From Prorocentrum cordatum (taxonomy: Eukaryota): DNA of 55,413 nt. Made by a program: the position numbers and the translations under genes. The stretch's first letter is position 1; the number at the start of each line of letters is the position of its first letter. Positions 47,086-55,413 of this stretch are shown here, piece after piece. The stretch covers positions 62,001 through 117,413 of the forward strand of contig CAUYUJ010000162.1 in NCBI GenBank assembly GCA_963575745.1, in the 5' to 3' direction. The notes beneath the pieces were generated by a model. The model had not been told where the DNA came from. It saw only the letters and a list, made by a program, of their open reading frames with translations, and ran no database searches.

Positions 47086-49606
47086 GATTGCAACCAAGTG
47101 TGTTTAGATTTCCTGGCGATTGGAACGCTGTGGATCACCAGTTTACTCATCATGCAAGTTCGTCGTCTTCGTTCTTCTTCATCCTCCCTTTCCTTCTTCT
47201 TCTCCCAAGGTCTTGTTGCAACGCCTTTATACAAGGATTCTTTTTGTGGTGACCTTGCCAAAAGGGTTTGATGAGTAATCGATCTGCAATGGCCCTCACA
47301 ATTAGAATCCGTTGCAGCAGCCTGTACAAAGGGATTCCTTTCGTGGCGGCCTCAAAGAGGAAGATAATATGAAAACGAGACAATCATGAACAAGCATGTG
47401 CCACAGGGGGAAATGGGGAAAAGCTAGGAAAACCTGTGACGGTCGCTATTTTTAGGGTGCTGGTGACCGAGCAATTAGAATCCTGTGTAGCGGCCTTTAC
47501 GTGTGGATCCATGTTGTGGCGACCTGACAAAAGGATTTTAAGTGTGGAGGATCTGCAACGGCCCCCAGAATTATAATCCTGGTGAAGCAGCCTGCACAAA
47601 AGGACTCCATGCGTCGCGGCCTCACGCGAAGGTTTTGATTGTGGGGGATCTGCAGTGGCGGCACCGCTGGCGCAGGGAAGCAAGAGAGGAAAACAGGAAA
47701 AACTGGACAGGCAGGAAAACGCTTGCAACCTTCACAGGGGAAGCAGGAAAACGCCAGGACAACCTGTGCACGTCGCTATTGTTAGGGTGCAGATGATCTG
47801 CAAAACAATCCTGTTGTAGCGGCGGCCTCTACAAAAAGATCAACTTTGTGCCGACCTTACGAAAGGATCTGAATTGAAATGGATCTGCAATGGCCGCCAC
47901 ACTTTGAATCGTTTCGTAGCAGCCTGTACAAAGGGATTCCTTATGTGGCGGCCTTGCAATAAGGTTGAAGTGCTGGCAATCTGCAATGGCGGCACCGTAG
48001 GCCCAGGAAAGCTAAAGAAGAACATCGGAATCAAGAACAATCAAAACACAAAAAAGCATGTGTTGTCACGGGGGGAAAAAGAAACAGCTTGGAAAATGTG
48101 TGACTGTCGCTATTTTTAGGGTACAGGTAACAAGCGATTCAAATCCTGTTGCAGCGGTCTTCACAAAAGAATCGATTTTGTGGCGACGTGACAGAAGGAT
48201 TGCAATTGTGATGGATATGCAATGGCCCACGCACTTACAGTCCTCTTTGAAGCAGGCTCTACAAAGGGATTTCTTTGGTGGCGGCCTTGCAAGGAAATTT
48301 AACTTGTGGGGAATTGCAGTGTCGGCACCGTGGGCCCAGGCAAGCTTGAGGAAGACAGGAGAACCAGGACAAACACAAAAAACATATGTTTTCACACGGG
48401 AATACAAGAGAAAATTAGGAAAACGTGTGACTGACATTACATGTAACGTGCATATGATGTACACTTAGAGGCCTGACAGAACTATTGAATTCGTAAACCA
48501 TCTGCACCTCACAAATAGCGACCATCACAGGTTTTCCTAACCTTGTCCTGGTTCCCTATGTGAAAACACTAGTTGTCGAATGATCTCCCTGTTGTTTGTT
48601 TTCCGGCTTTCCTCTATAGCGTTTCTTGGCACACGGTGCCGCCACTGCAGATCCCCCCGCAAATGAAACATTATTGTGAGACCGCCACAAAAGGAATCCC
48701 TTTGTACAAGCTGCTACAAAAGGATTCTAAGTGTGGCAACCATCGCAGATCCATCGCAATAAAAATCCTTTTGTATGGTCGCCACAACATGGATTATTTT
48801 GTTAAAGGCCGCTACACAAAGATGCTGCACCCTAACAATAGCGACATGCATCGGCTGTCCTAGCTGTTTCATGCTTTCCCACGTGACAGCGCAAGCTCTT
48901 TAATGTCATTCTTGCTGATTGTTCCAATGTTCCCCTTTAGCTTGCCTGGGCCCACGGTGCCGCCACTGCAAATCCCCACAATTAAAACCTTCTTGTAAGG
49001 CCGCCACATTAATGTAGGTATCCCGTCATAGAGGCTGCTACAAACGGATTTCACATGTGTGGGCCATTACAGATCCATCACACATAACATCCCTTTGTAA
49101 CGTCGCCACATAATGGATCTCTGTGTAAAGGCCGCTACAACAAGAGTTTAACTGTTCGGTCATCTGCACCCTCAAAATAGCGTCAGTCACACGTTGTCCT
49201 AGCTTTTTCCTGCTTGCCCCTGTGAACACACAGGCTTGTTCCTGGTCTTGTTGTTCCTGTTCTCCTATCTAGTTTTCCTTGGCCCACGGTGCCGCCACTG
49301 CAGATCCCCCGCAATTAAAACCCTACTATATGGCCGCCACAAGAAAGGATCCCTTTTTACAGGCTGCTACAAAAAAGGTTCAAAGTATGGGAGCCATTGC
49401 AAATCCTCCACAAGTGAAATCCTTTCGTAAGGTCGCCACAGAAGGAATATTTTTGTAAAGGCGTTACACAAAGACCTTGGGGGGAGAAGAAGAAGAAGAA
49501 ACGGGAAGATGAAGAATAACGAGGACGACGAACATGCATGATGAGTACACTGATGATCCCTAGCGTTCCAATCGCCAGGGAATCGATCAACAAAGCATTG
49601 TAACCA
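47086..49606. mobile_element. Foldback-type element: >1 kb modular inverted arms
   Basis: cctggcgattggaacgct...catcatgca...cccaaggtctt near 47110-47215 is inverted near 49470-49580. Internal subrepeats (gatctgcaatggc, gcagcctgtacaaagggattcc, gtggcggcc) switch strand at ~48460-48500. Confidence 0.85.
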
Positions 49607-51126
49607 TAAAACAGCGGGTCGGACCTGTAGGGCTCCTCCTCCTCCTCCTCCTCCTGCTTGTCCTTGTCCTCCTCCTCCCCCTACTCCCCCTCCTTCTCCT
49701 CCTCCTCCTCCTCCTCCCACTACTCCCCCTCCTTCTCCTCCTCCGCCTCCTCCTCCTCCTCCTCCTCCTCCTCCTCCTGGGATGGGAGGGAGGGAGGCAG
49801 CCTGGGCAGGAAAGGGGGGAGCAGGGCTGGACTGTAGAGCGGGACTCGAGGGCAGGGAGGGGAGAGCGGTGAGGAGATGGGACGGGAGGCAGCAGCACAG
49901 GAGGGAATCAGCTTCCAACCCCTCCTGCTCATCCTCGCCCTCCTCCTGCTCTCCTCCTCCTGCCCCTTCCCCCCCGCCTCCTCCCCCTCTGCCCCTGCGC
50001 CGCCCGCCATGTGAGTCTCATCAGCAGCGGGAGGCTTGGGTTCGCCAGGGAATCGACGAGGGCACCAAGCGTGCCCACATGAGTACTCGGCACCCGTCTC
50101 CCTGCAATGGGGTGCAAGTAAATGTGTCACTCCACTCCTTCCTCGTCGAGGTGTCCTCAACCTTCCGCGGACGAGCTTCGCAGAGTGTCGGACGTGTCTG
50201 CTGATGGCTATAACTGCCGTCGCTGTCAACGTCTGTGGCGACGACGTGGACGCGCCGGCCATGGCTTTCGAATGCATTGTTGCGGCACGTCGGGCCTCCT
50301 CAGCAGATCTCTGTGGCTCTTCGCTTGCGCTCCTGCCACTGCGTCTTGGCGGCTACAGGCCGACAGAGGTACTCCTAAATGATCCGACGAAAATTGGCGG
50401 CGAGCGAGGCGGGAAGTGAGAAAGAGATGGCTTCCTCAGTAGACTCGGAAGGTCCCCAGCCTCATGAGAAGTTTCTTAAGCCTTTTCCGAACACACAGAG
50501 AGCTCCTTAAAGGGCGCGAGGGCTTCTGAGAAGTCCCGCCGCCTTCTGAGAAGGCCTTCTCCTTGTCACTTCTCCTCCTCGCTCGCCGCCGAGAAAAGAA
50601 ATGGGTCTTCCTCGAGATTGTACAGCGAGCTTGGCTTACACGGGCCGCCTGCGCGGCACGCTCGATTGGCAGCGAGGGCGCTCACGCGTTACCTTTGAAG
50701 CGAGGGCGCCTACGCGCGCGACCGTACGCGGGCAACTTACGCGCCCATGTCGGCGCAGACGACCCCGCTGTTCTGCGTCGCCCATCCGACTTCGCGCATC
50801 GCGACCCTCGATGCGCGGCTACCACGGCGTCCTCGGCCGCGACGCGCAGCGCGTGATGCTCCTCGCGCCCCTGTGGGTGACCTGGTTGTCGGACACTGGC
50901 AGGGGGCTTTGAGGACGGTGTCGCCGCCGCCGTCCCCTTGCACGTGCCAGCGTCGGACATCGGACATCGGGCTGCATCATGCACCGCGTGGGTGCCGCAG
51001 GGCGGGGCCGAAGCGCCGAACAAATGCCAGCAGCAGTGAAACGAGTACAACCCCCAAGGAGACAGGGAGCGCCCTTAGCGCAATGTCATGACATACATGA
51101 CAAGGATGACAAACACACATGTCTTA

Positions 51127-51270
51127 CAATCAACCAATATAGGAAGGATGCGCGATACGGATGCAAGGGCCCTGGAAGCCCATCTCGAAGCTCTTCGAGG
51201 ATGGGCCGAGGAGGCAAGGATGCAAAGGTACCTTGGGAAGGTTGCCCATACTTACAGTGCGGGTTGACTG
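51127..51270. mobile_element. Tc1/mariner-type MITE (family D)
   Basis: TA|CAATCAACC ... GCGGGTTGACTG|TA. Shares its downstream flank with the 39428 copy. Confidence 0.75.
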
Positions 51271-51513
51271 TAACCTGCTTGAGCGACCTCCGCTATCCGA
51301 CAACGGTTAAGTCATGTTTTGTTTTTTACTAGTTCGACTATTTTGACTTTTGGGTTTGTTGTGTCCCAAATCCGCCTCTAGGAGGACATGCCGCCTTACT
51401 ATGCGAGTTGACTGTACATACGTGACCCGTGCTGGGGTGCAGGCAACACCCCGTCGGTGCAGACCTGGGCTGCTGGATCTCACGGGGCTCGGGCGGGGCG
51501 GGCCCCGAATCAG

Positions 51514-51514
51514 T

Positions 51515-51581
<67 letters not shown>

Positions 51582-51882
51582 GCATCATCATCATCATCGT
51601 CATCATCAGCATTACCATCATCACCAGCATCAGCATCATCATCAGCATCCTCATCCTCACCCTCATCCTCATCCTCATCCTCATCCTCATCCTCACCATC
51701 ACCATCACCATCACCATCATCATCATCATCAGCATCATCATCATCAGTATCATCAGCATCATCATCATTATTATCATCATCATTATTATCATCATCATCC
51801 GCATCATCATCACATTATCAGCATCAGCATCAGCATCAGCATCATCATCCTCATCCTCATCATCAGCATCAGCATCATCATC
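51514..51882. repeat. (CAT)n microsatellite
   Basis: Long CAT/CAG/CCT triplet run. Confidence 0.97.
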
Positions 51883-51981
51883 CCGTCCGAAGTGCCCTCC
51901 TGCGGGGCGTCTCCTCCTCCTCCTCCTCCTCCTCCTCCCTCCTCCTCCTCCTCCTCCTCCTCCATGTCCTCCTCCTCCTCC

Positions 51982-53752
51982 GCAGCGCTACAGAGAGCCT
52001 GGAGGGACAGGCTGGTGGAGCAAGCGAGCCAGCGACTGGGATGGGTGGAGGATCAGGTCTGCGTCTCTGCTGCCCTTTCCATCCTCCACTCCCCCTCTCG
52101 CCCTCCGCGCGAGCGCTCAATCCTCCTCGCCTTCCTTTCCCAAAGCATATGGACCAAGTAAGGTCTCAGCGAGGCAGGCTACGAAGCAGATACGAAATTC
52201 CCATGCGGGCACCAGCATGATAGTATGTACCATCGGTTGTTTGAATGTGTGCTTTCAGCTGCGGACCGCAGCGAAGACTTAAGCGTTGAAGATATAGACA
52301 CTCTCAGGACTGCCGATTGGGCTCACTTGCAGGCCGGCCTAGGAGTTAAGGATACCTTCAACAACCAGGCTCCACCAGGGCTTGGTCTGGAGGAAGCAAC
52401 GCTGTGGGCGGTTGACCCACATACCACCCCAGCCCAATCCCTGCAAGGTGAGCTGTACCTTGACGGCTCCTGTTTTAAAGACGGTCCCCAAAGTCACCAT
52501 CGAGCTGGATGGGCCGTTGTAGCTCTCGACCCCATCTCGGGCGAAGCCCAAGCGGCCCTCGCGGGGCCAGTGGGACGGAGCTTCCGCAAACGTCGCCTGC
52601 CGCCGAATATCTTGCGGCGCTCGCGGCTGTCAGATACGGCAGCAACATCACGTCTCTTGTTGCTGACTACTCGGGCACGTGCAAGCTGCACGACCCAACG
52701 TTGTCCCATAGGAATTTCTACGCTGGGATTAAGCTGTTAATTAAAGGTAGTCCAGGCTGGCATCGAGACCTCAGCCTGATTAAGGTCAAGGCGCACCAAG
52801 ACTTAGACAGTCTGGAACGCCACACCGACGAATGGAGGAAGGCCGCTGGCAATGCCGAGGCGGACAAATGGGCGAAGTGGGCTGCCAACGAGCTGGCCAA
52901 ACCCTCACCCGCCGAAGCGCAGATAAGTGAATACAGGTTAAACTTTTGCAGCGGTTCCTCAGATATGTTTGCAAGGTCTTGCCAAAGTGGCCTCCTGTGG
53001 CCTCTTCGGCTGGAGGCAAAGCTCTGGCCAAACCAAGCAAGTCAAATTCCCCTCCTGTGGGGGCCGCCGCCGCCCCAGGCTCCAAGCCCGTGCCTCCTCC
53101 CCCCCGGCCTCCCGCTGCGTCTCGGGGTGCTGGGGGTCTCCTTGTGCACGATTGGGTCTGGAGTCTGGGAGGCTGGGTGTGCAAGCTTTGTAAAACCCGA
53201 GCCCTGACGGACCATAGTAAAGAATCGAGGCTCAGTGAGAAGTGCACTGGCAGTTCTCCTTTGAAGACTCTCGCTGCAGACAGCCACGGCCACAAGCTGG
53301 TGGTTGCAGATTTTGCAACAGGAGAGAACTTTATCATTGCTTGTCAGATGTGCGGGGCTTATGCTGTCGAACCCACGTAACTTGACCTCTCCGTGCCCTG
53401 CGCATTTTGCTGAGAGTCAGAACCGTGGAGCCCGATATGCATGGCAGCAGATCTGCAACGGCAGACATCCCAAGAAGTCGGGAGTTCAGCTGAATGGTGT
53501 TATCCCTCTTGACCAGCTTATGCTCTCTTTAGCTGAGGAGCAGGAGCGGGAGGCGGAGGTGGGGCAGGAGCAGGAGGGATGAGCTCTCCTGCCGCCCGCC
53601 CGCCGCGGCCGCCAACAGCAGGCGCGCCGCTCCCGCGCGCGCCCCCCCTTGCAAAGGGTAGTGGGGCAGCGTAGCAGAGACACAGACACTGCTAAGGTTT
53701 TGGGTTGGGTCGGTTCAGCCAACCCTCAGCCTTCCTTCCTTCTTACTGCGTG
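51982..53752 (+). mobile_element. 5'-truncated LINE remnant: CCHC knuckle, RNase H and Zn-finger motifs
   Basis: PCGHQHDSMYHRLFEC, LYLDGSC, RAGWAVV, QTSPAAEYLAA, VADY, KVKAHQ, GNAEADKWAK, CKLC, CQMCG and GRHP. At least three frameshifts or stops. Confidence 0.92.
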
Positions 53753-54469
53753 CTCCTCCTCCTCCTCCTCCTCCTCCTCTTCCTCCCTCTCCTCCTCCTC
53801 CCTCCCTCCCCCTCCTCCTCATCTTTTCACTTCCATGGCCTCAGGCCGCCTGCTTGAGTTGTTCCTCCATTCTCGTCTCCGATGTCCCCTCGCCTTGCCC
53901 CCCCCTCTTCCAGAGACGGCAACGCCCCGCGTGACGGCAGAGTAGCAGCACGCGCCCGCGCGCGGCCGCCGCCCCGCACCGTCCACGACGGGTAACCTTG
54001 CGGGAGAGTCGAGCGGCCGCTGCTAGCAATCGAGCCACTAGGATTCACAAGTCGCCGCGTTTTGCTGTTCAGGTCAGAGCGCGGTGTGCGGTGTCCCTCC
54101 CCCCATCGCCCGCCAGGTATTCCGTGCCTCCGCCCGTTAGGATGAGGAGCGGAGGAGCGGTTGCAGAGGAGTTGTCGAGACATGTTGTCGGTCCACTCGC
54201 ACGAGTGTTGCATGTGCTCATCTGTCCCTTGTATGTGTACAGTCTGGATTGAACTGCTCTGGCGATCAGGGCCGCGTCGCCAGCATCGGTCCAGGACCGC
54301 CCCGCGCTTCTGTGCCGCTGCCGCTGACCTGACCACGGTTGAAGTGTAACTGTTACTGTGCACTGTTACTGTTCACTGGCTTAGGTGCCCGTGCAGAGTG
54401 TTCGCAATTAGCTCTGCCAGCTGCGTGTCCATGCTTGCTGACAGGCTTTATGCTTCAACAACGTCGCAA

Positions 54470-55040
54470 TCCAAAACCCCCCTCCACAATTACTCAATAG
54501 GAATACTACTCTCCCTCTTCCCCTGATGACGGTTTGAAAGTGCTCGACACCCCACCGCGTACTGTTTTTTTTGCACACAGGTTTCCCCGGAGTTGGATTT
54601 GGGCCTGCATTTTTTTCAAAAAGCTGCTCTCGCTGAGGCGTTGGCCTCATTTTGAGGCCCCGCTCGTTCCGAATCGAGCTCCCGCTGCAGCGCTGGCCTC
54701 ATTTCCGTGCTTCCGCTCGTTCCGAATCGTGCTCCCGCTGCAGCGCTGGCCTCACTTCCGCGCTTCCGCTCGTTTCGACTCGTGCTCCCGCTGCAGCGCT
54801 GGCGGCATGTTCCCGTGCCATGCCTATCGGCATGCAATGCAAATGCTAGGTTGCTACTAAACGCTTTGCGGTGCTCTTCTACGCCATGCCATGCCGTGCT
54901 CTACAATGCATCGCGTACCCTTTCGGGATCATTGCCCTGCTCGACATCCGACTGTGCGAGTAGAGAGGGGATCTACGCCATGGTAAGGGATGGGAGGGAG
55001 GGGTAGGATGTCGGATATGACGCGAGCGCACCTAGCTTGT
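54470..55040 (-). repeat. Inverted copy of the 31.3-33.9 kb composite repeat unit
   Basis: Reverse complement of the 53-bp subunits and of the caagctaggtgcgctcgcg head. Confidence 0.88.
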
Positions 55041-55413
55041 CCTCCCCCCCTCCCCCTCCTCCTCCACTCCCCCGCTCCCCCTCACCCTCCTCCATCCCGT
55101 TTCCCTGTAACTGACCCCCCCCCCTGTCGCACCCCGAGAAGTGTCGGTAGGGCGGGCCGAGCGTTTCGCCCGAGGCAGGCCCCCACCGTGTATGATCCTG
55201 GAGCAGACAATCTGCAACAATTTTGCGGACAGAGGGCGGGGGGGTGTCAACACGCGGTCCCCGCCTCCATGCCGCAGACACTCGTCTCAGACGTTTGCCA
55301 GAGTTCTACGGGCGGAAAGCGGGTCGTTCTCAAAAGGTGGCTCTCGGCTCAGAATAACGCACATTTCGTCTTCAAAATTAACATGGCTCTCACGGATGGA
55401 CGGCGGTGTTCTT

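Overview
GC-rich, repeat-saturated eukaryotic DNA. It is most likely dinoflagellate (Prorocentrum-like), inferred from GA/GC/GT splice donors with AG|G acceptors, a degenerate relic spliced-leader motif and the repeat content. Almost all long six-frame ORFs are artefacts of (GAG/TCC)n, (CAT)n and similar microsatellites. Two real genes are visible, both on the minus strand. (1) Three short exons (41982-41892, 37360-37245, 3848-3789) splice in frame into an SLC35F6-like drug/metabolite transporter. This implies a ~33 kb intron spanning a 100-N gap. (2) Nested in that intron is a probable retrogene encoding seven near-identical 41-aa RCC1-type repeats with two hypervariable loops, plus a ubiquitin-like C-terminus. 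Its only intron is a TIR/TSD-bearing MITE that splices out exactly (an Introner). The remainder is three decayed RNase H-bearing non-LTR retrotransposons, each flanked by sense-strand (TCC)n, at least four MITE families (including a triple-nested insertion and two filled/empty site pairs), a 2.5 kb foldback element and composite satellites.
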